64,000 nt of DNA from Armatimonadota bacterium (GCA_025059775.1 JANXCW010000003.1:80284-144283), one strand, 5' to 3'; counted from the first letter of the stretch, positions 46,436-56,323 are shown. The notes: generated from the letters alone by a model not told the origin. A program made the numbers and translations.

Positions 46436-47368
46436 ATGGCCAGGCGCCTCCTCCGCCGGATCGTGCAGATCCTGCCCACGGTCCTTGGGGCGGTGGTCAT
46501 CGCTTTCGTTCTCCTGCGGGTGGTCCCCGGGGATCCCGCGGCGGCCATGCTGGGCGTGAGCGCGACCCCTGAATCCGTGCAGGCCCTGCGGGCCCAGCTG
46601 GGCCTGGATCGGCCCCTGTGGCGGCAGTTCCTGGAGTACCTGGGCGGGCTGGTCCGGCTAGACCTGGGCACCTCTCTCGCGTTCCGGACCCCCGTGGCCC
46701 ACCTCCTGGCCCAGGCCCTGGGCCCGACCCTGCTGCTGGCCCTGGGAGGGACTGTGGTGAGCGTGCTCATCGGTGTCCCCACGGGGGTTGTGGCGGCCTT
46801 GAACCGGGGCAAGCCCGTGGACCAGCTGGTGAGCATCCTCGCCCTCGTGGGCGTGTCCCTTCCCGTGTTCGTGTGGGGGGTGGTGCTCCTCGTGGCCTTC
46901 ACCCTCCACTGGCGGATCTTCCCAGCTTCGGGGTTGGGGGAGGGGATCGGGGGAACCCTGAAGGCCCTGGTGCTTCCCTCCCTGGCCACGGGGATGTTCC
47001 TTGCGGGCTTGGTGAGCCGGATCACCCGGTCCAGCGTGCTGGGCGTCCTGAGCCAGGACTACGTGCGCACCGCCTGGGCCAAGGGCCTCGAGCCCTTCCA
47101 CGTGTTCCGGAGGCACGTCCTGCGGAACGCGCTCATCCCCGTGGTGACCGTGGTGGGCCTGAACATGGGGACCCTCCTGGGCGGCGTGGTGGTGGTGGAG
47201 GGGATCTTTGCTCGGCCGGGCCTGGGACGGCTGCTGCTGGACGCCATCTATGCCCGGGACTATCCCCTGATCCAGGGGATCGTGCTGGTCTCCGTCCTCC
47301 TCACCATCCTCCTCAACCAACTCGTGGATCTCCTCTACACCATCCTGGACCCCAGGGTGACGGCTTGA
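46436..47368 (+). CDS. ABC transporter permease (DppB/OppB-type)
   Basis: Polytopic BPD_transp_1 permease with the typical N-terminal RRIVQILPTVLGAVVIAFVLLRVVPGDP. Confidence 0.85.
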   Translation: MARRLLRRIVQILPTVLGAVVIAFVLLRVVPGDPAAAMLGVSATPESVQALRAQLGLDRPLWRQFLEYLGGLVRLDLGTSLAFRTPVAHLLAQALGPTLLLALGGTVVSVLIGVPTGVVAALNRGKPVDQLVSILALVGVSLPVFVWGVVLLVAFTLHWRIFPASGLGEGIGGTLKALVLPSLATGMFLAGLVSRITRSSVLGVLSQDYVRTAWAKGLEPFHVFRRHVLRNALIPVVTVVGLNMGTLLGGVVVVEGIFARPGLGRLLLDAIYARDYPLIQGIVLVSVLLTILLNQLVDLLYTILDPRVTA

Positions 47369-47376
47369 GGGGGGAG

Positions 47377-48327
47377 ATGGCGCAAGGCGGGTACTCCGGA
47401 GGCTGGGAGACCTCGGCGGTACGGCGGCTCCGGCGCACCATCCAGGGAAGCTGGATCCTCTGGCTGGCCTCCGGGTTCGTGGTCCTCCTGGTGGGGGTGG
47501 CGATTCTCGTCCCCTACCTGCGTTTGGCGGATCCCTTCGCGCAGAGCCTGGAGCGTCTGGCTCCTCCGACTCCGGAGCACCCCTTCGGGACGGATCGGCT
47601 GGGTCGGGACGTGCTCAGCCGTACGGTGTGGGCCACCCGGTACGCCCTGGTGGTGGGGATCGGGACCGTGGTGGTAGGGGGCGCCGTGGGAACGGTGTGG
47701 GGCATGGCCGCGGGCTTCTCCGGCCCCTTCGCCCAGGAGGTTCTCTCCAGGCTGGTGGATGTCTTCTTGGCCTTTCCTCCCCTGATCCTCGCCATGGTGG
47801 TGGTCACCCTGCTCGGAAACGGTGTTCTCCCCGTGGTGGTGGCCCTGAGCTTCGGAGTGGCGCCCCGGTTCGCGCGGGTGGCGAGGGCCGTGGTCCTGGC
47901 GATCCGTGTGCAGAGTTACGTGGAGGCGGCCCGCGCCATCGGAGCCTCCTCACCCCGCATCCTCCTGCGCCACATCCTGCCCAACACCCTGGACTCCCTC
48001 ATCGTGCTGGGAACCCTCACCATCCCCACCGCCATCCTCACGGAGGCCCTCCTGAGCTTCTTGGGGATCGGCATCGTGGAACCCACTCCCACCTGGGGCA
48101 ACATCGCCAGCATGGGGCAGATGGTGCTCCGGGAAGCGCCCTGGGTCGTGCTCTGCCCGAGCCTCGCGCTGCTGTGCACGGTGCTCTCCTTCAACCTGCT
48201 GGGAGACGCGGTGCGGGACGCCCTGGACCCCACCACCTCCCGGGGTGTTTGGATGCGGCGGGCGGAGCGGGCGGAACTGGAGACGGAGCCCGCCCGGCTT
48301 GCCTCCCGCAGGATCCCCGCGGGCTAG
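47377..48327 (+). CDS. ABC transporter permease (DppC/OppC-type)
   Basis: ATG 47377 after TGAGGGGGGAG. The 46618..48327 ORF is an upstream frame extension. Conserved LGTDRLGRDVLSR and a polytopic body. Confidence 0.8.
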   Translation: MAQGGYSGGWETSAVRRLRRTIQGSWILWLASGFVVLLVGVAILVPYLRLADPFAQSLERLAPPTPEHPFGTDRLGRDVLSRTVWATRYALVVGIGTVVVGGAVGTVWGMAAGFSGPFAQEVLSRLVDVFLAFPPLILAMVVVTLLGNGVLPVVVALSFGVAPRFARVARAVVLAIRVQSYVEAARAIGASSPRILLRHILPNTLDSLIVLGTLTIPTAILTEALLSFLGIGIVEPTPTWGNIASMGQMVLREAPWVVLCPSLALLCTVLSFNLLGDAVRDALDPTTSRGVWMRRAERAELETEPARLASRRIPAG

Positions 48328-48334
48328 GGAGATA

Positions 48335-49147
48335 ATGAAGGGGAGGGTGGCCGTCTTCACCGGAGCCGCCAAGCCCAGGAGCATCGGGTTCGCCGCGGCC
48401 GTGCGGCTTGCTCAGGAAGGCGCCTGCGTGGTGGTCGCGGATCTCTACGAGGCCGGGTTCGGAGCGCTCCGGTCCGCGGTGGAGGCCTTCGGTGTGCCGT
48501 GCGCGTGCGTGCGGGCGGACGTCAGCCGTCTGGAGGAGGTGGAGGCGGTAGCGGAGACGGTGGCGCGCCGGTTCGGGCGGGTCGACATCCTCGTGAACGC
48601 CGCGGGCGGGAGCTGGGCCATCGGACCGGAGGATCTGGAGGGGGGACCCCCCTCTGCCTTCCTGGGGATCACGAACTGTTCAAGGGAAGCCTGGCGCCGG
48701 ATTCTGGGCGTGAACCTGGAGGGGACCTTTTTCGCCTGCAGGACTTTTGCCCCGTGGATGATGCGGCAGGGATGGGGCCGGATCGTGAACTTCGCTTCCG
48801 TGACGGGACGGGCGGGCACGAGGCCCGCGGAGGTCTTCAGCAGCGGACCCTACGCGGTGGCGAAGGCGGGGGTCATCGGCCTCACCAAGCAGCTCGCTCT
48901 GGAGCTCGCACCCTACGGCATCACCGTGAACGCCATCGCCCCCGGGCTCGTGGCCAGCTGGCGGGGAAGGCGGGGGATGGAGGCCCTCCCGGAGGGCCAT
49001 CGGGAAGCGCTGATCGCCCAGATTCCCCTGCGCCGGCCTGGAACGCCGGAGGAGATGGCGGAGCTGGTAGCCGCCCTGTGCGCCGAGGAGATGGGGTATC
49101 TCACGGGCGTGGTGGTGGACGCAAACGGAGGGATCTACCGCGCGTGA
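48335..49147 (+). CDS. SDR-family oxidoreductase
   Basis: ATG 48335. KGRVAVFTGAA.., NAAG, YAVAKAG catalytic motif. Confidence 0.85.
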   Translation: MKGRVAVFTGAAKPRSIGFAAAVRLAQEGACVVVADLYEAGFGALRSAVEAFGVPCACVRADVSRLEEVEAVAETVARRFGRVDILVNAAGGSWAIGPEDLEGGPPSAFLGITNCSREAWRRILGVNLEGTFFACRTFAPWMMRQGWGRIVNFASVTGRAGTRPAEVFSSGPYAVAKAGVIGLTKQLALELAPYGITVNAIAPGLVASWRGRRGMEALPEGHREALIAQIPLRRPGTPEEMAELVAALCAEEMGYLTGVVVDANGGIYRA

Positions 49148-49908
49148 GGTTTACAGGAATCGCGGGGCGAGTGGCGGTGGTCACGGGCGCCGCGGGTGTG
49201 ATCGGCCAGGCCGTGGTGCGCCGGTTCCTGGAGGAGGGAGCCGCGGTGGCCGCGGTGGATCTCGATGAAAGGGGCCTGCAGAGCTTGGAGGAGGCGCTTT
49301 CCCACCCGCATCTGAAGGTCTACCCGGCGGATCTCACCTGCGAGGCGCACGTGGCTGGATTGGCGGAGCGGGTGGTGGAGGCCTGGGATCGGGTGGACTT
49401 CCTCGCGGGGCTCGCGGGCGGGATCCCGGGCCAACCGTGGATGGAGCGGGGATTCGAGCCGTTTGAGACCATAGATCTGGCCCGATGGCGGTTCGTGCTG
49501 GACGCCAACCTCACCACCGCGTTCCTGTGCTGCCGGGCCTTCGTGCCCGTGATGCGGCGGCAGCGGTTCGGCCGCATCGTCCTCTTCTCCTCCATCGCGG
49601 CCCGGCAGGGGAGCGTGCGGGTGGGGGCGCACTACGCCGCCGCGAAAGGAGGGATCCTCGGTCTCGTGAAGACCCTCGCCCTGGAACTTGCGCCCCACGG
49701 CATCACCGTCAATGCCCTGGCCCCGGGCTTCGTCCCGCACGGGGAGGTCCGGGGAGATCTGGAGGCCTTGGTCCAGAGGATTCCGCTTGGACGTCCGGGA
49801 ACCCCGGAGGAGATGGCCGCGGCGGTCCTGATGCTGTGTTCGGAGGCGGGCAACTACATCACGGGAGCCACCCTGGACGTGAACGGAGGCCTGTACCTCG
49901 CACCCTGA
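49144..49908 (+). CDS. SDR-family oxidoreductase (paralogue of the preceding gene)
   Basis: GTGA overlap. GRVAVVTGAAGVIGQAV, NAGG.., YAAAKGG. The C-terminal 40 aa are nearly identical in pattern to the upstream SDR. Confidence 0.85.
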   Translation: MRFTGIAGRVAVVTGAAGVIGQAVVRRFLEEGAAVAAVDLDERGLQSLEEALSHPHLKVYPADLTCEAHVAGLAERVVEAWDRVDFLAGLAGGIPGQPWMERGFEPFETIDLARWRFVLDANLTTAFLCCRAFVPVMRRQRFGRIVLFSSIAARQGSVRVGAHYAAAKGGILGLVKTLALELAPHGITVNALAPGFVPHGEVRGDLEALVQRIPLGRPGTPEEMAAAVLMLCSEAGNYITGATLDVNGGLYLAP

Positions 49909-49926
49909 GGAAAGGAGGTGGGGGAA

Positions 49927-50712
49927 GTGGAACCGACCTGGGAACGCGTCTCCGTGGCAGGGGTAGAAATCCGGATGTGGCAGGTCGGGGAGGGGCCACC
50001 CCTGGTGTTCCTCCACGGGGCCGGGGGCCCTGCATGGAGTCCGGGCATGGATCTTTTGGCCCGTCGGTACACCGTCCTCTACCCGGAGCACCCGGGATAC
50101 GGGGAGAGCGGGCGGCCGGGGTGGGTGGAGACGGTGCACGACTTGGGCATCTTCTACCTGGAGTTCCTGGAGGCGCAGGGCCTGCGGGATGCGGTACTCG
50201 TGGGCCACTCCCTGGGCGGTTGGATTGCCTCAGAGCTCGCGAGCGTGTGCACGCACCCGCTTCGGGCTCTCATCCTGGTGGCCCCCGTCGGGATCAACCT
50301 GGGAGCGGCGCAGGTGGACATCTTCGCTACCCCGCCCGATGAGCTCGCCCCCCTGGCATACTATGACAAGTCCCTGGCCGCGGCCCGGCCCCCCTTGGGG
50401 CGAGAGGAGGTGCGGATCCTGTACCGAAACCGGGCCACCTCCGCCCGCCTCTCCTGGGCCTCCGCGCCGACGGCTCCGAAGCTCGCGGCGCGGTTGTTCC
50501 GGATCCGCATCCCCACCCTGATCCTGTGGGGCCGGCAGGACGAGCTCATCCCCGCCAGCAGCGCGCAGATGTTCCTGGACCGGATCCCGCACGCCCAGCT
50601 TGTGACCCTCGATGCCTGCGGGCACGTTCCGCAGGTGGAACAGCCGGAGGCCTTCGCGCGGGCCATCACGGAGTTCCTGGACGCCGTGGTGGGGGTGGGA
50701 GGTCCGCGGTGA
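49927..50712 (+). CDS. Alpha/beta-hydrolase fold protein
   Basis: GTG 49927, 8 nt after AGGAGG. Nucleophile elbow GHSLGG, late DACGH His region. Confidence 0.75.
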   Translation: MEPTWERVSVAGVEIRMWQVGEGPPLVFLHGAGGPAWSPGMDLLARRYTVLYPEHPGYGESGRPGWVETVHDLGIFYLEFLEAQGLRDAVLVGHSLGGWIASELASVCTHPLRALILVAPVGINLGAAQVDIFATPPDELAPLAYYDKSLAAARPPLGREEVRILYRNRATSARLSWASAPTAPKLAARLFRIRIPTLILWGRQDELIPASSAQMFLDRIPHAQLVTLDACGHVPQVEQPEAFARAITEFLDAVVGVGGPR

Positions 50713-51809
50713 GGGCGGCAGTCCTTCCCGAAGTGGGCCAGCCCCTGCGTACGGAGATCCTGCGGGACCCTCGCCCGAAGGCCGGGGAGGTCCTGGTCCG
50801 CGTGAAGGCCTGCGGCGTGTGCCACACGGACCTCCACGTGCTCAAGGGGGAGGTGGTCTTTCCCACGCCGTGCGTGCTGGGCCACGAGATCAGCGGGATC
50901 GTGGAGGAGGTAGCAAGCGGGGTGGAGGAGCTCCGGCGGGGCCAGCCCGTGGTGTGCACCTTCATCCTTCCCTGCGGGCGATGCACGTACTGCGTGCGGG
51001 GGGAGGAGGACCTGTGCGAGCGGTTCTTCCAGTACAACCGCCTGCGGGGAACCCTCTACGATGGCGAGACGCGTCTGTTTCGTCCCGACGGGTCCCCCGT
51101 GTGGATGTACTCCATGGGAGGCCTCGCGGAGTACGCGGTGGTCCCGGCCACCGCCGTCTTCCCGCTGCCCCCCGCCATCCCCCTGGAGCCCGCCGCGGTG
51201 CTGGGGTGCGCGGTGTTCACCGCCTTCGGCGCGGTGCGCCACGCGGCCCGGCTGCGCTTCGGGGAGTCCGTGGCGGTGTTCGCGGTGGGCGGAGTGGGAT
51301 CCGCCCTCGTGACCCTGGCGCGGCTGTTTGGAGCCTACCCCGTCATCGCGGTGGATGTGCGGGAGGAGAAACTGGAGGCCGCGCGGCGTCTGGGAGCTAC
51401 CCACACCGTGGACGCCAGGCGGCAAAGCCCGCAGGAGGCCATCCGGGAGCTCACGGGGGAGCGGGGGGTGGACGTGGCCTTCGAGGCCCTCGGGCGGCCC
51501 GAGACCTTCGTGCAGGCGGTGGAGTCCGTGCGGGACGGCGGGCGGGCGGTGATGGTGGGGATCGCGCCTGCGGGGGTGACAGCTCCCGTGGAGGTCACCC
51601 GTCTGGTGCGGCGGAAGCTCCAGGTCGTGGGGTCCTACGGGGGCCGGGCCCGCTCGGATATGCCGCTCCTGGTGGAGTTGGTGGCCCGCGGCGCGTTCCC
51701 GCTTTCCCAGCTGATCTCCCGCACCTACCCCCTGGAGGAGGCGGACGCCGCCTATCGGGCCCTGGACCGGGGAGAGATCGTGGGACGGGCGGTGGTGGTT
51801 CCGGATTGA
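50709..51809 (+). CDS. Zinc-dependent alcohol dehydrogenase (MDR family)
   Basis: GTGA overlap. GVCHTDLHV, GHEISG, C..C..C..C structural-zinc cluster (CGRCTYCVRGEEDLC), GVGSA Rossmann. Confidence 0.85.
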   Translation: MRAAVLPEVGQPLRTEILRDPRPKAGEVLVRVKACGVCHTDLHVLKGEVVFPTPCVLGHEISGIVEEVASGVEELRRGQPVVCTFILPCGRCTYCVRGEEDLCERFFQYNRLRGTLYDGETRLFRPDGSPVWMYSMGGLAEYAVVPATAVFPLPPAIPLEPAAVLGCAVFTAFGAVRHAARLRFGESVAVFAVGGVGSALVTLARLFGAYPVIAVDVREEKLEAARRLGATHTVDARRQSPQEAIRELTGERGVDVAFEALGRPETFVQAVESVRDGGRAVMVGIAPAGVTAPVEVTRLVRRKLQVVGSYGGRARSDMPLLVELVARGAFPLSQLISRTYPLEEADAAYRALDRGEIVGRAVVVPD

Positions 51810-51810
51810 T

Positions 51811-51845
51811 CCCCGAGGGCCCGCAGGAAAAGCCTGCCGTCGGGG
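51811..51845 (+). terminator. GC-rich hairpin immediately after the alcohol dehydrogenase stop (weak terminator candidate, no U-tract)
   Basis: CCCCGA..GCAGG-AAAAG-CCTGC..TCGGGG nested stem seen directly. It lacks a 3' U-run. Confidence 0.25.
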
Positions 51846-51885
51846 CGTAACCGTTCCTCGAGGCTGAGGGAGGAGGTGGGTGGAG

Positions 51886-53330
51886 ATGGCAGAAGGGCGG
51901 AAAGTAGGGAACGAAGGCGGGGAGCGGATCTCCCGACGGGAGTTCCTCAGGCGGGCCGCGGTAGGCACCGCGGTGCTGTGGCTCCGTACGTGTTCGTGCG
52001 GAACTACGCCGCGGCCCAGCAGCGGGAGCTCCGGATCATGACCTGGAGCCACTTCGTGCCCGCCTTCGACGAGTGGTTCGACCCCTTCGCGGAGCGGTGG
52101 GGACGCGAGCGGGGGATCCGGGTCACCGTGGACCACATTTCGTTTGCGGACATCGTCCCGCGGGCCAACGCGGAGGTGGCCGCTCAGCAGGGCCACGACC
52201 TGTTCTTCTTCCTGGCTCCGCCCAGCGCCTTCGAGCCGCACGTCCTGGACCTGCGGGACATCAACCAGGAGGCGGAACGGCGGTACGGCCCCATGGTGCC
52301 GCTCGTGCGCAAGAGCGTGTACAACCCCAACACCCGGAAGTTCTATGGGTTCTCCGACAACTGGGTGCCGGATCCAGGCGACTACCTGCAGAGCGTGTGG
52401 ACCGCGGTGGGCTACCCCAACGGGCCAACGACCTGGGACGACCTGATCCGGGCCGGGAACGAGATCAAGCGCCGGTTTCCGGAGATCCAGATTCCCATCG
52501 GCATCGGCTTCAGCCAGGACATCGACTCCAACATGGCCTGCCGGGCCATCCTGTGGTCCTTCGGGGCCAGCATCCAGGATGCGAACGAGAACGTTGTCCT
52601 CAACAGCGAGCAGACCATCCGGGCGGTGGAGTACGGGGTGCGGCTCTTTCGGGAGTGCATGAACCCCGCGGTCCTGAGCTGGAACGCGGCCAGCAACAAC
52701 CAGGCCCTCAACGCCCGCCAGACCGCCTACATCCTGAACTCCATCTCCGCGTACCGTACGGCTCAGGACAACCGGCTTCCCGTGGCGGACGACATCTTCT
52801 TCGTGCCCGCCCTGCGGGGACCGGGAGGGCGGTGGGCCAGCGAGCACGTGATGGGCGTGTGGGTGATCTGGCGGTTCAGCCGCAACCCCGACAACGCCAA
52901 GGAGTTCCTGCTGCACCTGTTGGAGAACTACCGGGATGCGGTGCTGGCGAGCAAGCTCTACAACTTCCCCTCCTTCGTGGGCTCCGTGGCGGATCGGCGG
53001 GTGCCCGTGGCCCAGAAGCCCGACGAGGGGCGGAAGTGGATCCGGGCTGCCTGCCTGCGGGATCCCTTCGGGTCCAGGCCCCTCAACAAGCTCGCGGTGC
53101 TCGCGGATGCGGAGCAATGGTCCACGAACATCGGCCACCCCGGCCCTGCGAACCCCGCGGAGGGTGAGATCTTCGACACCTACCTCATCCCCGACATGTT
53201 CGCGCAGGCGGCCACGGGCCGTCTCTCCGTGCGGGAGGCCGTGGCGCAGACCCACCGCTGGTGTCTGGAGATCTTCCAGAAGTGGCGGCGCCAGGGATTC
53301 GTGGGGGGTGGTGACCGGGACCGGCGGTGA
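51886..53330 (+). pseudogene. Sugar ABC transporter solute-binding protein, apparently frameshifted within the signal peptide (paralogue of 25169..26743)
   Basis: Strong RBS GAGGGAGGAGGTGGGTGGAG then ATG 51886 encoding a Tat signal (MAEGRKVGNEGGERISRREFLRRAAVGTAVLW) that runs into a stop at 52039-52041. The mature domain (APYVFVRNYAAAQQRELRIMTWSHFVP...) lies in the other frame (51876..53330) and aligns along its length with the 25169 protein. The frames differ by one nucleotide near 51979-51983. Confidence 0.6.
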
Positions 53331-53361
53331 GCGAAAATGGCGATGTGTGGGAGCGGTGGCC

Positions 53362-54420
53362 ATGGGGTATGTGGAGATCCGAGACCTCCATAAGCACTTC
53401 GGGGACGTCCGGGCCGTGAACGGGGTGAACCTGTCGGTCGAGGAGGGTGAGCTGCTCGTCCTCCTCGGCCCCTCCGGTTGCGGCAAGACTACCCTCATGC
53501 GCATGATTGCGGGCCTGGAGGTGCCCACCCGCGGTGAGATCTACATCGGCGGGCAGCTGGTGGACGAGAACGTGCCGCCCCGGGCCCGGGGCATCGCCAT
53601 GGTCTTCCAGAGCTACGCCCTCTATCCCCACAAGACCGCGTTCGAGAACATCGCGTTTCCCCTGGAGGCCATGCGCCTGGCCCGGGAGAGCATCCGGGAG
53701 CGGGTGGTTCGCAGCGCCCAGATGTTCGGAATCGAGCGGCTGCTGGGCCGCAGGCCGCGGCAGCTGTCGGGTGGGGAGCGGCAGCGGGTGGCCCTGGCCC
53801 GGGCCGTGGTGCGGGACCCGAAGCTCTTTCTGCTCGACGAGCCCCTCAGCAACCTTGATGCGAAGCTGCGGGCGGTGGCACGGTTCGAGCTGAAGCAGCT
53901 GCAGCGACACCTGGGGACCACCACCATCTACGTAACCCACGATCAGGTGGAGGCCATGGGACTCGGAGATCGCATCGCGGTTATGGACGCGGGCCGGATC
54001 CGCCAGATCGGGAAGCCCCAGGAAGTCTACGACGATCCCGCGGACACCTTTGTGGCCACCTTCCTCGGCTCTCCGCCCATGAACCTCATCGAGCAGGATT
54101 CCCATACCCTCGTGGGGTTCCGGCCGGAGGCGTTTTTGCCCCGCAGCGTGTTCGATCCCGGGGAGGACGTGGTCACCTACTCCCTTCGGGTGCGGGAGGT
54201 GGAGTACCTGGGCTCGGACCGCTTGGTGTACGGGTACCTGGAGGAGGAACAGCGCACGGACCAGCCCGTGATCGCCGCGGTCCCCGCCACCATCACCGTG
54301 CCCATCGCGGAGGGGGAGGTGTACGCGTTCGCGGTTCCCCGACGGGCCCTCCGGTTTTTCGATCGGAACACGGGCCGCCGGCTGGAGCGGGCGGGAGCGG
54401 TGCGCCTCTCCACCCCCTAG
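53362..54420 (+). CDS. Sugar ABC transporter ATP-binding protein (MalK/UgpC-type)
   Basis: ATG 53362. GPSGCGKTT, LSGGERQRVALARA, LLDEPLSNLD and the C-terminal TOBE-like regulatory domain. The 52936..54420 ORF is an upstream extension. Confidence 0.9.
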   Translation: MGYVEIRDLHKHFGDVRAVNGVNLSVEEGELLVLLGPSGCGKTTLMRMIAGLEVPTRGEIYIGGQLVDENVPPRARGIAMVFQSYALYPHKTAFENIAFPLEAMRLARESIRERVVRSAQMFGIERLLGRRPRQLSGGERQRVALARAVVRDPKLFLLDEPLSNLDAKLRAVARFELKQLQRHLGTTTIYVTHDQVEAMGLGDRIAVMDAGRIRQIGKPQEVYDDPADTFVATFLGSPPMNLIEQDSHTLVGFRPEAFLPRSVFDPGEDVVTYSLRVREVEYLGSDRLVYGYLEEEQRTDQPVIAAVPATITVPIAEGEVYAFAVPRRALRFFDRNTGRRLERAGAVRLSTP

Positions 54421-54428
54421 GCGGGCCC

Positions 54429-55373
54429 ATGGCCCTGCGGCGCTCCGCGGAGTTCCCGGTTCCTGCCCCCGTGGCGCAGGCCCGACGCCGTACCCTGGCG
54501 GACCGGGAATCCGTCCTCGGTCCCCTTCTGCTCGCACCGGCCCTGCTCTACGTGATCCTTCTGGTGGGGGTCCCCTTCGTCCTCGCCATCCTCCTCAGCT
54601 TCTCCTCCGCGGTGGCGGGAGGGCTGGAGTTCTCCTGGGTGGGATTCCGGAACTTCCAGGTACTGCTCTCCGACAGCCAGTTCCACCGGGCCCTGCAGAA
54701 CACCCTGCGGTTCATGGTCGTCTCGCAGCTGCTGGTGATGGTGCTCGCCACCGTGGCGGCCCACGTACTGGATGCTGCCTTTGTGGGCAAGCGACTGGTG
54801 CGCTCCCTGCTCCTCCTGCCCTGGGCGGCTCCCGTGGCGCTGTCCTCCATGGCCTGGGTGTGGATCTTCGACTCCACCTTCAGCGTGATCAACTGGACCG
54901 CGAAGAAGCTGGGCCTCCTGCAGGGGTGGTGGTACTGGTTCGGAGACCCCGGGCTCGCCACCGTTGCCATCACCACCGTGCACGTGTGGCGCACCTTCCC
55001 CTTCGCCACCGTGGTGATCCTGGCAGGCATGGCCGCCATTCCCCAGGAGATCCGGGAGGCGGCCCTGATGGACGGAGCAGGGTTCTGGCGCAGGCTGTTT
55101 CACGTGAACCTGCCCATGCTGCTCCCGGTGGTGGCGGTGGCGGTGCTCTTCGGCCTTGTGTTCACCGCCACGGACTTCAGCGTGGTGTGGCTCCTGACCC
55201 GGGGAGGGCCCTACAACAGCACCCACGTGCTCAGCACCCTCGCCTTCCAGAGGGGAATCCTGGGCGCGAGCCTGGGCCAGGGGGCCGCGGTGGCCATCTT
55301 CCTCCTGCCCATCCTTCTGGTGGTGGCGGTGCTCCTGCTGCGGGTGGCCCGGAGGGCGGAGGTGGGGACTTGA
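54429..55373 (+). CDS. Carbohydrate ABC transporter permease (MalF/UgpA-type), paralogue of 23377..24318
   Basis: Same motifs as 23377 (..EIREAALMDGAGFWRRLFHVNLPMLLP..). Confidence 0.85.
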   Translation: MALRRSAEFPVPAPVAQARRRTLADRESVLGPLLLAPALLYVILLVGVPFVLAILLSFSSAVAGGLEFSWVGFRNFQVLLSDSQFHRALQNTLRFMVVSQLLVMVLATVAAHVLDAAFVGKRLVRSLLLLPWAAPVALSSMAWVWIFDSTFSVINWTAKKLGLLQGWWYWFGDPGLATVAITTVHVWRTFPFATVVILAGMAAIPQEIREAALMDGAGFWRRLFHVNLPMLLPVVAVAVLFGLVFTATDFSVVWLLTRGGPYNSTHVLSTLAFQRGILGASLGQGAAVAIFLLPILLVVAVLLLRVARRAEVGT

Positions 55374-56233
55374 AAGCCCGCAGGCTCGCCAAGTTCCTTC
55401 GGCGGGCGCTCCTGTACGCCGCGGCCCTGGCCTTCACCCTGTTCGCCGTCTTCCCTTTCTACTGGATGCTCATCACCGCCTTCAAACAGAACCGGGATCT
55501 GTACGTGGGGGCCACGAACCTGCAGCACATCCCCTGGATCTTCAACGAACCGCCCACCCTGCACCACGTGCGGCTCCTGTTCCTCAACACCCCCTACCTC
55601 CTGTGGCTTCGGAACACCGCCCTGGTGGGCGCCCTGGTGGTCCTCATCACCCTGCTGGTGGCGGTCCCCGCGGGCTACAGCCTCGCTCGCCTCGCGGGCC
55701 GGTGGGGGGAGCGGCTAGGGATCGGGATCTTCCTCACCTACCTCGTCCCGCCCACCCTGCTCTTCCTTCCCTTCGCCCGGGTGGTCTCGTGGCTCGGACT
55801 CCAGAACTCTCCTTGGGCCCTGGTGCTCGTCTATCCCACCTTCACCGTCCCGTTCTGCACTTGGCTCATGATGGGCTTCTTCCGATCCGTGCCCCGGGAG
55901 CTGGAGGAGCAGGGACTCGTGGACGGCTACAGCCGGCTCGCGGTGATCGGGAGGGTGGTGCTCCCCCTGGCGGTGCCCGGAATGCTCACCGTGGTCATCT
56001 TCGCCTTCACCCTGGTCCTGCAGGAATTCGTCTACGCCCTCACCTTCATCAGCCAGGTAGATCGCATGACCATCAGCCTGGGGGTTCCCGTGGCCCTGGT
56101 CCGGGGGGATGTGTTCTACTGGGGATCCCTCATGGCTGCCTGCTTTCTGACCAGCGTCCCCATTGCCGTGGTCTACTCTGCCTTCATGGACCGGTTCATC
56201 GCGGGCCTCACCGCGGGGGCCGTGAAAGGGTAG
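55370..56233 (+). CDS. Carbohydrate ABC transporter permease (MalG/UgpE-type), paralogue of 24318..25172
   Basis: TTG 55370 overlaps the upstream TGA. FPFYWMLITAFK, EQGLVDGYSRLAVIGRVVLPLAVPG. Confidence 0.8.
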   Translation: MKARRLAKFLRRALLYAAALAFTLFAVFPFYWMLITAFKQNRDLYVGATNLQHIPWIFNEPPTLHHVRLLFLNTPYLLWLRNTALVGALVVLITLLVAVPAGYSLARLAGRWGERLGIGIFLTYLVPPTLLFLPFARVVSWLGLQNSPWALVLVYPTFTVPFCTWLMMGFFRSVPRELEEQGLVDGYSRLAVIGRVVLPLAVPGMLTVVIFAFTLVLQEFVYALTFISQVDRMTISLGVPVALVRGDVFYWGSLMAACFLTSVPIAVVYSAFMDRFIAGLTAGAVKG

Positions 56234-56265
56234 GAGGTCTGTCACGGGGGTATGAAGCTCCCGCG

Positions 56266-56294
56266 TTGACCCCTCCCGTGGCCGGCGGTACCAT
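56266..56294 (+). promoter_or_regulatory. Candidate sigma-A promoter (TTGACC, 17-nt spacer, TACCAT) upstream of the MoxR operon
   Basis: TTGACC 56266-56271 and TACCAT 56289-56294, ~30 nt upstream of ATG 56324. Confidence 0.4.
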
Positions 56295-56323
56295 CGGATC
56301 AAACAGAGCCCCGGGAGGTCGGG

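Noticed and set aside
46618-48327. 569-aa ORF and 52936..54420 494-aa ORF
   Set aside because: Frame extensions of the DppC-like permease (true start 47377) and the MalK-like ATPase (true start 53362).
50361-53528. 1055-aa ORF on the minus strand (also 15759..18068 at 769 aa, 39227..40828 at 533 aa, 9139..10299, 13160..14350, 21937..23235, 31325..32689 and others)
   Set aside because: All lie antisense to genes with clear family signatures. Their translations are low-complexity R/G/P/H-rich. Stop-codon scarcity in very GC-rich DNA generates such ORFs. I see no family match in any of them.
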